IMG/VR virus record: IMGVR_UViG_3300023179_003795
Span: 64,001-98,485 of that record
DNA from: a virus
Taxonomy: Duplodnaviria; Heunggongvirae; Uroviricota; Caudoviricetes
Length of the DNA stretch: 34,485 bases
Strand: one strand, 5' to 3'
Positions within the stretch are counted from its first letter, which is position 1. Each line of letters opens with the position of its first letter. Shown piece by piece: positions 19,650-29,437 of the stretch. A program made the position numbers and the translations under genes. The notes beneath the pieces are model-generated. The model did no database searches. It was not told the DNA's origin and saw only the letters and a program-made list of their open reading frames with translations.

Positions 19650-21451
19650 TGGCAGAAAGAAAAATATCATACGCAGAACGTGAATTTACAGGTTTAAGAA
19701 ATGAACTTATTGGTTATGTTCAAACATATTATCCAGATTTAATTACCAACTTTGGTGACGCTGGTTTATTCTCCGTATTGGTAGATATCAACGCAGCGGT
19801 TGCAGATAACTTAAACTTCCACATTGATAGAAGTATCCAAGAAACCTATTTACAATTCGCACAACAAACTAATTCAATCTATAACATAGCAAGAACCTAT
19901 GGATTGAAAATACCTGGTAATAGACCCTCAGTTGCTGTATGTCAATTCAGTATTAATGTTCCTGTTGATGGTGATAAAGAAGATGTGAATTATTTAGGTA
20001 TCCTTAAAGCAGGTACTAAAATTAGTGGTGGTGGTCAAGTATTTGAAACCTTAACTGATATTGATTTTTCTTCAACAATCAACTCAAATGGTTATCAAAA
20101 TAGATTAAAATTGCCAATATTTGATGCAAATAATAGAGTTGTTTCATATCAAATTATTAAAACTGAGGTTGTTGTTAATGGTGAAACAAGAACACTTAGA
20201 CAAATCGTAAATACAAATAATGTTAAACCATTCTATCAAATTATTCTACCTGAAAGAAATGTTCTTTCTATTAGTTCAATTGTAGTTCAAGATGGAACAG
20301 CGATTACTACAATACCTGAAGATTCGGTATTTTTTGATGATAATAAAAGATGGTTTGAGGTGGATGCTTTAGCACAACAAAGAGTTTATATTGATGATCC
20401 TAACCTACCTGTTGTAGATGGAATTAGACAAGGTAAATGGACTAAAACAAATAAGAAGTTTATTACTGAATATACACCAGAAAACTTTATGGTTATTACT
20501 TTTGGTGGTTCTGAAACAGATAATGACGCAATCACACAATTCACATTAAATGAGTTTAATATTGATTATAATGAATTAACTAATAACCCTGTTTTAGGTT
20601 TAGCACCAAAAGCAAATACAACAATATTTGTTAAATATAGAGTTGGTGGAGGACAACAATCAATCCTTAACCCTAACACCCTTACAAGAATTACATCCTC
20701 TAATCTTGTTGTTACAGGTCCAAATTCAACAATTAATACAGCAGTTATCAATTCATTGAGAGCGACAAATGTTACTTCTTCATTAGGTGGAGCAAATCAA
20801 CCTACAATAGAAGAATCGAGAAATTATATTGGGTTTAATTTTGCGTCACAAGAAAGATGTGTTACGCTTGAAGATTATGAGTCACAAATATTTAAAATGC
20901 CGGGTAAGTTTGGAGCACCTTCTAAAGTAAGTGTTACTAAAGCAGGTAATAAGATAAATGTAAATATCCTTACTACTGACGTAAATGGTAATTTAACAAG
21001 TGATATTAACTCTAATATTGCGAATAATATTTCAACTTACTTATCACAATATAGAATGATAAATGATTACGTTGTGGTTCAACCAGCCCAAGTAGTAAAT
21101 ATTGGTTTTGTCTTAGATATTCAATATAATAAACAATACTCACCAACCGATTTATCAATAGCGGTTGTAACAAACATATCAAATATTTTTGATAAGTCTA
21201 AACTTGCTTTAGGTGATGATGTTTTTTTAGGGACTGTTAAAAATGCTATTATGAATACACCGGGTGTGTTAAACTTAACATCACTTAAAGTATATAATAA
21301 AGTAGGTGGTATTTATTCACAAAACACATCAGTTCAAACTGTGGCTTCTGATGGTGAAATACAAATAACAGAAGAGGTAATACTTGCAGATGATAATCAA
21401 ATCTTACAAATATTAAACCCTTCTATTGATATTGTAGTTAGATTGAAATAA
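19649..21451 (+). CDS. Baseplate wedge protein gp6 / baseplate J-like
   Basis: REFTGLRNELIGYVQTYYPD, IDRSIQETYLQFAQ, GGANQPTIEE and QERCVTLEDY motifs; TAATG-coupled to gp25. Confidence 0.85.
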   Translation: MAERKISYAEREFTGLRNELIGYVQTYYPDLITNFGDAGLFSVLVDINAAVADNLNFHIDRSIQETYLQFAQQTNSIYNIARTYGLKIPGNRPSVAVCQFSINVPVDGDKEDVNYLGILKAGTKISGGGQVFETLTDIDFSSTINSNGYQNRLKLPIFDANNRVVSYQIIKTEVVVNGETRTLRQIVNTNNVKPFYQIILPERNVLSISSIVVQDGTAITTIPEDSVFFDDNKRWFEVDALAQQRVYIDDPNLPVVDGIRQGKWTKTNKKFITEYTPENFMVITFGGSETDNDAITQFTLNEFNIDYNELTNNPVLGLAPKANTTIFVKYRVGGGQQSILNPNTLTRITSSNLVVTGPNSTINTAVINSLRATNVTSSLGGANQPTIEESRNYIGFNFASQERCVTLEDYESQIFKMPGKFGAPSKVSVTKAGNKINVNILTTDVNGNLTSDINSNIANNISTYLSQYRMINDYVVVQPAQVVNIGFVLDIQYNKQYSPTDLSIAVVTNISNIFDKSKLALGDDVFLGTVKNAIMNTPGVLNLTSLKVYNKVGGIYSQNTSVQTVASDGEIQITEEVILADDNQILQILNPSIDIVVRLK

Positions 21452-22630
21452 TTAGTACATTGTTAATGTAACATCATTAATTTCCTGTTCAGTCACTTTA
21501 GATAAAAATATTAAAGCGTCTTTTTGTGCTTCTTTAGAAATCTTATATCCTTTTTTAGTATATTTAACAATCCTATCCAATAAAGAAGCCGGTGATTTTA
21601 ACCCTTTATTTATGACTAATCTTTTAGATTTAGCGTCAACAAAAAATTTATCATTATGCATTAATTTTTTATTTTTTAAATCCACACCACACATAACACA
21701 AGTGAAGTCAAACTGATTGATTATTGTATCAACACCACCAAAAGTATATCTTGATGGGTTAATAAATTGATATTTTTTATTGTTAATAGTATATGTTATA
21801 GCATTGGTAGTTGAATATTTACTATGACTAATATAATTAAAAACATCATCATTGGATTGGTTTTTCTTTGTTCTATATAAAACATCCATATTACTAATAA
21901 CCTGTTTATAATCGTTTTCATTTGAAAACCATACATCAAAATCATTTATTTTTTCCTTTAATATAATAGATGTTAAAGCACCACCAGCTATTATTGCGTT
22001 ATTATTAACTAATATATCTAACACACTAATATCTGAAATACTATCTATTAGTTTTGACACTATTTCTAAATTATAATGATTCCTTAATATCTCACCATCT
22101 AAATTAATTAAATCAAATATGTTGGAACTATAAGCACAATCCGATCTATCCCAAACCGTTAAATATTTTTGATTGTTTAATTGAACAACAAATTTATTAA
22201 ATTGACTTGTGTATGGTAATTTTTTAGAAAAAACCAAAAAGAAAATATCACCATCCTTCTCATATCTATCCCAAATACTAATATCATCAGAAGCAATACA
22301 CCATTTACTTCCCTTACCGTATAATTTCATAGCATCCGAATTATGAATTCTTTTCACTAAAAAATCTTCATTTTCATAAATTGTTGTAGAACCATTATTT
22401 TTAATAATTTCTTCTTTTTCCGTTTCAGATTCTAAACTATCCACATATGATATAAAATTATCTACGGATTTAAAGTTAAAAATATTACGATATTCGATTG
22501 GTATTTTATCATTTAATCTTTTATGTTTATTACACATAAAAACAAATGAAGGGTGTAAACTACTACCATCATAACAGTTTTTTAACCATTTCTTGTATTT
22601 TGAGTCAATTTGTAAAGAAAGTATATCCAT
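21452..22630 (-). CDS. Two-domain protein with C-terminal nucleotidyltransferase (poly(A) polymerase/CCA-adding head-like)
   Basis: AIIAGGALTS...INDFDVWF, FDFTCVMCG and RIVKYTKKGY motifs; N-terminal YGKGSKWCIA domain. Confidence 0.65.
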   Translation of the reverse strand: MDILSLQIDSKYKKWLKNCYDGSSLHPSFVFMCNKHKRLNDKIPIEYRNIFNFKSVDNFISYVDSLESETEKEEIIKNNGSTTIYENEDFLVKRIHNSDAMKLYGKGSKWCIASDDISIWDRYEKDGDIFFLVFSKKLPYTSQFNKFVVQLNNQKYLTVWDRSDCAYSSNIFDLINLDGEILRNHYNLEIVSKLIDSISDISVLDILVNNNAIIAGGALTSIILKEKINDFDVWFSNENDYKQVISNMDVLYRTKKNQSNDDVFNYISHSKYSTTNAITYTINNKKYQFINPSRYTFGGVDTIINQFDFTCVMCGVDLKNKKLMHNDKFFVDAKSKRLVINKGLKSPASLLDRIVKYTKKGYKISKEAQKDALIFLSKVTEQEINDVTLTMY

Positions 22631-22632
22631 AT

Positions 22633-22800
22633 TTATTTTTTATTATTATAATATAAAGTATCATTAATATTATATTCAGTTGTAGTGAATACCGTGTATT
22701 TAAGTGTGTCATTGCAAGCAGTATATCTATAATAACTACCACAATTTTCTTTGCTCTGTATGACAAAGAATAATATTGAACCGAATAATATTGTTTTCAT
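22633..22800 (-). CDS. Small protein with hydrophobic N-terminus (not in the ORF track)
   Basis: Hand translation MKTILFGSILFFVIQSKENCGSYYRYTACNDTLKYTVFTTTEYNINDTLYYNNKK* (55 aa); the stop lies 2 nt before the next ATG. Confidence 0.6.
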   Translation of the reverse strand: MKTILFGSILFFVIQSKENCGSYYRYTACNDTLKYTVFTTTEYNINDTLYYNNKK

Positions 22801-22878
22801 ATTTTAATGATAAGAAAACATATTCAAAAAAACAAATTATTTATTTATTACCCTAAGAATCAATATTTTAAAAATAAA

Positions 22879-22910
22879 TTTGGTAATTACAAATAAAGAT
22901 ATTATATTTG
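22879..22910 (+). promoter_or_regulatory. Bacteroidota-type housekeeping promoter
   Basis: TTTG (22879-82), 20-nt spacer, TATATTTG (22903-10), matching the TTTG-N19-21-TAnnTTTG consensus. Confidence 0.7.
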
Positions 22911-22913
22911 TAT

Positions 22914-23324
22914 ATGATTAATCAATTAGAAAACAACGACATAAAAACCTTTATTTTCGCAGGAAAGGCTATTTTCACGATAACTAATACCAATACAGGT
23001 AATCGTTTCACTTATAAAGTTCGTAAAGCGAAAGATAGTGATATTTACTTTGTATCAGTTTTAACTGGTTCTGATAATACCAATGACTATTCATTTATAG
23101 GGTATATCAAGAAAGGATTATTTTATTCAAGTAAAAAATCAAGAATTAGTAGTGAAGCAACATCATTCAAAGTTTTTAGTTGGTTTATTAATAATATTAA
23201 TAAAATACCTTCAATTGTTCAAGTCCTTCACGAAGGAAAATGTGGTAGATGTGGTAGAAAACTCACAACACCTGAATCAATTGAAAGGGGTATTGGACCT
23301 GAATGTGTTAGATTAATGCAATAA
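22914..23324 (+). CDS. DUF6011-like zinc-finger protein (probable early gene)
   Basis: C-terminal CGRCGRKLTTPESIERGIGPEC. The start is probably ATG 22914; the track start at 22908 is a TTG inside the promoter box. Confidence 0.75.
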   Translation: MINQLENNDIKTFIFAGKAIFTITNTNTGNRFTYKVRKAKDSDIYFVSVLTGSDNTNDYSFIGYIKKGLFYSSKKSRISSEATSFKVFSWFINNINKIPSIVQVLHEGKCGRCGRKLTTPESIERGIGPECVRLMQ

Positions 23325-23348
23325 AAAAGGTGGGTTTCCCCACCTTTT
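23325..23348. terminator. Bidirectional intrinsic terminator
   Basis: AAAAGGTGGG-tttc-CCCACCTTTT 10-bp stem between the convergent DUF6011-like and RNR genes. Confidence 0.85.
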
Positions 23349-23354
23349 AATATA

Positions 23355-25622
23355 TTAAGAAGTTATTGAAGATTTCATTGCTTCCATTATGTCTGCTGGT
23401 ATTTCACATCCATTAGGTCCACTACAAGATACAGCCCCCATAGTATCCATATTAACATATTCAGGTTGTTTAATTGCTTCATTAAAATCAAAATCTCTTT
23501 GTTTTAATTCACGATTAATTCTAACCCATTTATGATATAAATGTAAATCTTTAATACATAATATCATTTCTTTAACATCACCTTTAAAGAATCTTTTAGC
23601 AAATTGTTTAGCTCTTCTAATCCAATCTTTCTTGATTAAAGCTTCAACTCTTGTTCCTTGTAATTTCAAATCTCTCTTATTTACATAATCACAAGCTTCC
23701 CATAAGTTACCATCAAAAGCGTGTAATCCATCAACAATTAAACCTGAAGCAAAGAAAGCTGCATCATCATATTTATCATATAAATCTTCACCCGATAATA
23801 CCGATGTAAATGGTGCTTGGTTGAAATCTTTATCACCTGTTAAAGGTAAGAATGATACTGCCGCGAATTCAAATCTATTGTTAAATAGATAATCTTCTAC
23901 CACATCATAATCAGAGTAATCTAATTCAACTGTATTAGAAACTGAATGTCTTAAATATGGTTGAACATTTCTTTCGTGATTTGTTCCATACTCAACCCAA
24001 TTGTTTTGGATTGTTTTAACCACTTCTAATTGATTCATACCAACTAAATCTTTCTTGAACTTAGCGTTCTTATTAGCAATTACTGGAATATATGCCACAT
24101 AATCTGTTTTATTAGTACTCCATACAGATTCTTCAATTAAATACGAATGTTCTTCATTTAAGTATTTACCAATACCTGATTGTTTATTGATTTGCATTAC
24201 CCTAAAGTATCTTGGTGCGTGATCTCCGTGACAACCTGAAGGTGATTTTAATAATACCGAAGCATTTCCTGATGGTTTAACACAAGTTGTTCTTGACGCT
24301 GGATTAATACCGATAATTTCAGCCAACTCTTGGTTTACTTTTTTAACTATCTCAGCACCTTTTCTTTGAATTTCAGGATTCATCATAATATGTGGGTTAG
24401 CCATCCAACCTGTAAATGAACAACCTAACAAAGCTTCTCTTCTAAAAATAGCTTCTGTCACTTCACCTAAGTATGGGAAATCAGCGTAACCTGCTTGTAA
24501 TGTTCCTAAGATAGCTAAAGACTCACAAGCTTCATAAAACTTTTCTTCTGTTGTGCACATACCACCATTACCTTCAGTTAAGTTACATCCTTGAAATCCA
24601 CTTAAACCTTCAATTTGAGGGTATAAACCAATTTCAACGCAAGGGTTTGTTACTTGATCTTCATCATCTACAAAATAAAAACCTGGCTCACCAAAATCTT
24701 TAATTGACGTAAATATCTTATTAAATTGTTCTTTTGTTGTGGTGTTTCTGTTGATTACCGCTGAATTATTAGATCTACCTCTTTGTGGATTTTCATAATA
24801 CCAATTACCAACCTTAGCATTCATCATTTCATCATCTTCAGGTGAGAATAAACAAATTGTAGCACTTCTTCTTACACCACCAGATAATACAGCATCCGCC
24901 ATATACATAATGAAGTCATAAGCCATAATAGGTTTCATCACATTAACACCTTGATTTAAGTTTCTTTCAATCAATTCTTCACATTTTAATAATGATTTTC
25001 TTAATCCTTCAGGACCAGGAGCCTTAAATCCACCACTAATCATAGAACCCGCAGGTCTAATTAAACTTAAATCAAATCTAATTTCGTACCCTTGATACTC
25101 AGGAAATGGTGTTTCTTTTCCTTCTTCCACATATGAAGATATTAAAATACCAAAAGTATCACTCCACCCTTCAATAGAATCAGGAACAACAAATGTTTTC
25201 GTTCCTTTAGTTCTTTTTACTAAATTAGGTAATTTACCTATGTGTTTATATTGAACCGAAAATCCAACACCACAACCACATAATAACAAATACATTATTT
25301 CTTGAAAACTTCTAACCCTATCAACATAAGTCGCTGTACAATTATATAACCTCGCATTGTGTTTCATAATTGGATCACCACCAAATTGTAACGCTCTTTG
25401 AGATCCCAATACTAACTTATCTTTATAAGCCCCTTCCGCTTTTTCAAATAATTCTACAAATCTTGGGTTACTTAAAAATTTAGCATACTTTGTTTTATGC
25501 ATGCTCATTACCCTGTTAACCGAATCTTCCCAAGTCTCAGTCCTATTTTCATCATCAATCCATCTCGAATAATCTAAATAATATTTTAAATCACTCGCCA
25601 ATTGAAGTCCATTTTTACTCAT
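23355..25622 (-). CDS. nrdJ: Class II (adenosylcobalamin-dependent) ribonucleotide reductase, monomeric RTPR type
   Basis: RLYNCT, VLSGGVRRSA, TNPCVEI (radical Cys), GCNLTE, CVKPSGNAS and C-terminal SCSGPNGCE redox pair; no small subunit nearby. Confidence 0.85.
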   Translation of the reverse strand: MSKNGLQLASDLKYYLDYSRWIDDENRTETWEDSVNRVMSMHKTKYAKFLSNPRFVELFEKAEGAYKDKLVLGSQRALQFGGDPIMKHNARLYNCTATYVDRVRSFQEIMYLLLCGCGVGFSVQYKHIGKLPNLVKRTKGTKTFVVPDSIEGWSDTFGILISSYVEEGKETPFPEYQGYEIRFDLSLIRPAGSMISGGFKAPGPEGLRKSLLKCEELIERNLNQGVNVMKPIMAYDFIMYMADAVLSGGVRRSATICLFSPEDDEMMNAKVGNWYYENPQRGRSNNSAVINRNTTTKEQFNKIFTSIKDFGEPGFYFVDDEDQVTNPCVEIGLYPQIEGLSGFQGCNLTEGNGGMCTTEEKFYEACESLAILGTLQAGYADFPYLGEVTEAIFRREALLGCSFTGWMANPHIMMNPEIQRKGAEIVKKVNQELAEIIGINPASRTTCVKPSGNASVLLKSPSGCHGDHAPRYFRVMQINKQSGIGKYLNEEHSYLIEESVWSTNKTDYVAYIPVIANKNAKFKKDLVGMNQLEVVKTIQNNWVEYGTNHERNVQPYLRHSVSNTVELDYSDYDVVEDYLFNNRFEFAAVSFLPLTGDKDFNQAPFTSVLSGEDLYDKYDDAAFFASGLIVDGLHAFDGNLWEACDYVNKRDLKLQGTRVEALIKKDWIRRAKQFAKRFFKGDVKEMILCIKDLHLYHKWVRINRELKQRDFDFNEAIKQPEYVNMDTMGAVSCSGPNGCEIPADIMEAMKSSITS

Positions 25623-25657
25623 TTTTTATATCTCTTTTTTAATTATTTTATTGTTTT

Positions 25658-25665
25658 TATAAATA
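25658..25665 (-). promoter_or_regulatory. TATTTATA motif upstream of nrdJ
   Basis: 35 nt upstream of the ATG and downstream of the hairpin at 25698-25770. Confidence 0.45.
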
Positions 25666-25697
25666 TGTAATTTTTTAGAAAAAATACAAGGTAAAAT

Positions 25698-25770
25698 AAA
25701 AAATCCCCCAATTATTTTTTATTAAAAACCTAACAAAATCAATATTAGGGAGTTATATATAATTGGGGGA
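25698..25770 (-). terminator. Long-loop stem-loop/terminator after the helicase
   Basis: Perfect 12-bp inverted repeat TCCCCCAATTAT (25704-15) / ATAATTGGGGGA (25759-70), inner CCTAA/TTAGG stem, followed by T6 on the minus strand. Confidence 0.55.
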
Positions 25771-25784
25771 AAATGTTTTTTTCC

Positions 25785-27173
25785 TTAGAACGTTTCTTCG
25801 TCATCTGTAACTTTTTCTTTCTGTTTTTTTTGTAGAATGTCGTTAATTCTATTTCTTTTCTTTTCTTCTTTTTTGTTTTCGACACCTAAAAAAGTAAGTT
25901 CTTCTGTATTATTATCGGTATCAATTTGAACTGATCCGTTATCAAATAAAACATTTTCAAATACAACACCAGCAGATCCAAATCTATTCTTTAAAATTGA
26001 TAAATTAGCCCTACCACTTTCTTGTTGTTCCATTGTTCTACCAATAGAATATAAGAAATGAGCGAATTGTGATTTCTTAATTGAGCCACCACCCATATCA
26101 GATGTAACAATTTCTTGTCCGATTGATTGTCTACCACCTTGAGTGAATAAGTGAATAGGTATTTTAAATTCTTCTGCGAGTGTTTCAAATTGTCTTACCA
26201 ATACACCTTCAGCTGTCCAACTTTCTTCCGATAATTGAATGCAATCTAAGTAATCAATAACAATCATATCAGGTATAATATTGTTTTGTCTTTGTTTTTT
26301 AACCCAATTACGGATTTTTTCAAAGGTTGTTCCGTATGAAGGAAACTTCTTTAATACAAGTTTACCTTTACCTTTAATACCCTCAATTATTTCAATAACC
26401 GCTGATTTATTTTCTTTTAAATCATTGATTGGAATACCTGTCCAACAAGCGTAATGTTTACGTTTAATATCCCTAACCTTATCCTCAAAGAAAATATGTA
26501 ATACTGTTTTACCTAAATTATAGTTTGTATTTGCTATCTTAGTAGCACAAGTGGATTTACCTGTTCCTAATGGTGCGATACCTAAACTAACTTCACCCGA
26601 ACCTAATCCACCACCAGTGGATCTATCAAAACCACCTATACCAAATGGTAATGGTTTTCTTTCATCATTATCTAATACATTCTCAATATTATCCAAAGCA
26701 TCTTCACCATTATCTTTATCCTCTGATATGTTAATAGCTTTTTTAATAATATCTTCACACTTATCATACGATTCAAAATCACCCTTTTCAAGTATCTTTT
26801 GAACCTTCTGAATAGCTTTCTTTAATTCTTGTTGTTTACAAAAATTGATTACTTTATGTTGAATAAAACTACTATCAGCCAATTCAACATTTTTAACACC
26901 CTCAAGTTCATCAACAAGAACTCTTCTAGTTACTTCTGATGATGCCTCCGAATTGATGATGTTTTCAATAGCATCCACCGTAGGGATAGCGTCATACTTA
27001 ACATAATACTCCTTAACATATTGAGTGATAACCCTAAAATATTGATTATCAAAATATTTTGGATCGATTATATTAATGTAGTTTTCACCAAAAGTTCTAT
27101 CAGTAAATATCTGAGCCAGAACTTTAGATTGGAAGCTATCACCTAAATACCCAAAATTTTCTTTATCACCCAT
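25785..27173 (-). CDS. Replicative DNA helicase (DnaB/T4 gp41-like)
   Basis: Walker A GIAPLGTGKST, Walker B IVIDYLD, LFTQGGR, and KNRFG arginine finger. Confidence 0.9.
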   Translation of the reverse strand: MGDKENFGYLGDSFQSKVLAQIFTDRTFGENYINIIDPKYFDNQYFRVITQYVKEYYVKYDAIPTVDAIENIINSEASSEVTRRVLVDELEGVKNVELADSSFIQHKVINFCKQQELKKAIQKVQKILEKGDFESYDKCEDIIKKAINISEDKDNGEDALDNIENVLDNDERKPLPFGIGGFDRSTGGGLGSGEVSLGIAPLGTGKSTCATKIANTNYNLGKTVLHIFFEDKVRDIKRKHYACWTGIPINDLKENKSAVIEIIEGIKGKGKLVLKKFPSYGTTFEKIRNWVKKQRQNNIIPDMIVIDYLDCIQLSEESWTAEGVLVRQFETLAEEFKIPIHLFTQGGRQSIGQEIVTSDMGGGSIKKSQFAHFLYSIGRTMEQQESGRANLSILKNRFGSAGVVFENVLFDNGSVQIDTDNNTEELTFLGVENKKEEKKRNRINDILQKKQKEKVTDDEETF

Positions 27174-27174
27174 A

Positions 27175-27660
27175 TTATTCTTCCTCTTCTGTATATTGTA
27201 AAGCGTTTTGTAGCCTTGAAATTATTGTGGAAATAGAATCTTTAATATCTACAATGTATCTAATTCTTTGTCCACTTTCAAAGAAAATAGGGATACATAA
27301 TCCATAACCAGAAAATATAGTTTCTGATACAGGTCTACCATCTACCTTTACAGTTAATGTAAAGTTGTCTTTAATGTCATTAAGATTATACTTTGGTATA
27401 TCCTTAATTACGATTTCACCATCATCGTCATAATAAAACCCATATGGGTCATAATTATTCCAAAGGTGATCAATACTCTTCTTCATAATACCTTTTTTAA
27501 TGATACCTACCACTTCATTAGTCGTATCTCTCATATACAAACTTCTTGTGGCTTTTTCATTAAACTTTCTTACGTTAAAGAATCTTTGAACAATAATGTC
27601 TTTGTTCAATTTTAACACGAACTCAAATCGTGTCTTGAATTTTTCGTTTCCGATACTCAT
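27175..27660 (-). CDS. Hypothetical protein
   Basis: 161-aa ORF tightly coupled to the helicase. Confidence 0.7.
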   Translation of the reverse strand: MSIGNEKFKTRFEFVLKLNKDIIVQRFFNVRKFNEKATRSLYMRDTTNEVVGIIKKGIMKKSIDHLWNNYDPYGFYYDDDGEIVIKDIPKYNLNDIKDNFTLTVKVDGRPVSETIFSGYGLCIPIFFESGQRIRYIVDIKDSISTIISRLQNALQYTEEEE

Positions 27661-27691
27661 TTTTTATTTATATTTAATTGTTAAACTTGTT

Positions 27692-28114
27692 TTACTTTCC
27701 ACTCGAGCCAAATGCTCCATTACCTCTATGAGTTTCACTTAACTCACTCACCTCTTCTAATTCAATAGTTGGGTAAGGTATAACTAATAATTGTCCAATC
27801 TTATCACCAACATCATACACTTCACCATTATCCCAATCCAATTTCTTAAATCTAAACTTGATTTCACCCCTATAACCTGAATCTACAACCCCAACGTGAT
27901 TCGCTAATATTTGTTTTGTTTTACTAATTGATGATCTCGGAAATACTAATCCAACATAACCTTCAGGTATCTCAACAGCAATGTCTGTACCATATTCATA
28001 AAACACTTCACTCTTGACTAATGATGTCGCCACCATATCCATACCAGCATCACCAGGTTTCGCATACTTCGGTGTTACCGCCTTTTCACTTAATTTTTTA
28101 AATCTTACTCTCAT
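27692..28114 (-). CDS. dut: Trimeric dUTPase
   Basis: All five motifs are present: AGMDM, RSSIS, GVVDSGYRGEI, GDKIGQL, RGNGAFGSSG. Confidence 0.95.
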   Translation of the reverse strand: MRVRFKKLSEKAVTPKYAKPGDAGMDMVATSLVKSEVFYEYGTDIAVEIPEGYVGLVFPRSSISKTKQILANHVGVVDSGYRGEIKFRFKKLDWDNGEVYDVGDKIGQLLVIPYPTIELEEVSELSETHRGNGAFGSSGK

Positions 28115-29127
28115 AATATTGCTTTTTTATATAATTTTTTTTCTTTTTCCATGATTATGTAAAATGGTTTAAAAAAATCAATGAATCCCAAATCTGATTT
28201 TGGCATATATGAATAGATACCATCATTTATCATCTGTTTCATTAATACTTTATAATCCCTACCATCAGGATTTAAAACACCATTTATTAATTCATCATCA
28301 ATCCGTTCTTTTACGTTATCAGTTAGCAAAGGTTGGCTTAAATCAATAATCTTTTGATTTGTTATATATAGGTTTTCACCCATCACACCGTGTTTTGATT
28401 TTCCGTTAATGAGATTTCTTAATACTGAAGCATCTCTACCTCTCGATTCAGGTAATAATTGTTTTGCTTTTTCAAATACCCATTCTAATGTTTTTTCTTC
28501 TTTTACTAACTCTGGAAATAACTTAAATAATGTTGCTTCACCCATACCATAAACACCTGCTATGTTATCCGAATTACAACCTGTTAAAACTTTTACTAAA
28601 CATATATTTTTATAATGATAATCTAAATACTTACTCCAATTTTTTTTATTTATGAAATCTCTTTTATCCGCTAAATAAACTTCAGTATTCTCACTAATTG
28701 TTTGTAATATATCCCTATCACCGGTATAAACATATTTATGTTCATTTGGAGTATTTAAACAATAATAAGCAATGGTATCATCAGCCTCAGACCCTTCATC
28801 TTCAAATTGTCTTAAATATAATTCTTCACAATAATATTGGGATTTAATTTTTTGAATGTTAAATTGATAGTCTTTATCAATTTTATTGTTTATCTCTTCT
28901 CGTTGTATTTTGTATTCAGGGTAAAATGTTCTTCTATAATCTTTGGAGTTGGATCCGTCCCAGAAAACTAGCACTTTATCAGGGTATATCTTATTTATCA
29001 TCATCTTTATTGTGATGATAAACTGATATAACCCACCTATCTTATCTTCATTAAAGATAATATTTTTAGCCCCTTTAGTTCCCCTTTTTAATAGATAATT
29101 ACCATCTACCACTAATGTTTTTGTCAT
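28111..29127 (-). CDS. 5'-3' exonuclease/flap endonuclease (T4 RNase H / Pol I N-terminal-like)
   Basis: LVVDGNYL, VFWDG, EADD, TGDRD, and LTGCNSDNIAGVYGMG helix-hairpin-helix motif. Confidence 0.9.
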   Translation of the reverse strand: MTKTLVVDGNYLLKRGTKGAKNIIFNEDKIGGLYQFIITIKMMINKIYPDKVLVFWDGSNSKDYRRTFYPEYKIQREEINNKIDKDYQFNIQKIKSQYYCEELYLRQFEDEGSEADDTIAYYCLNTPNEHKYVYTGDRDILQTISENTEVYLADKRDFINKKNWSKYLDYHYKNICLVKVLTGCNSDNIAGVYGMGEATLFKLFPELVKEEKTLEWVFEKAKQLLPESRGRDASVLRNLINGKSKHGVMGENLYITNQKIIDLSQPLLTDNVKERIDDELINGVLNPDGRDYKVLMKQMINDGIYSYMPKSDLGFIDFFKPFYIIMEKEKKLYKKAIL

Positions 29128-29158
29128 TACTTAATAGTAGTAAAAAATGTCTATAAAA

Positions 29159-29437
29159 TCAAACAATTCTTAAAATACCTTCACCATCTCTCCACACACT
29201 ACCCTCTGTTAATCCTATTGGACTGATAGGTAAATTATTAAACACAATACCACCATTTGTAATTGTATTAGTGTTAATATTATCATAATTTATTTGATTA
29301 TAAATCCTACCATTATTCCCACCATTAACTATATAATTATCAATAGTTAGGTTGGTATTATAGTGTAAATCAATTACACCCGTATTTATATCAATTAAAG
29401 GTTTTTTCCCACCTATTAAATTTTTTAAACTTCTCAT
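29159..29437 (-). CDS. Mini-protein with tail-fibre-like C-terminal motif
   Basis: 92 aa, Asn/Ile-rich, ends LPISPIGLTEGSVWRDGEGILRIV; ATGA-coupled. Confidence 0.55.
   Translation of the reverse strand: MRSLKNLIGGKKPLIDINTGVIDLHYNTNLTIDNYIVNGGNNGRIYNQINYDNINTNTITNGGIVFNNLPISPIGLTEGSVWRDGEGILRIV

Noticed and set aside
25623-25784. Cobalamin riboswitch upstream of the B12-dependent RNR
   Set aside because: The region is short and extremely AT-rich with no recognisable B12-box; only the hairpin is supported.
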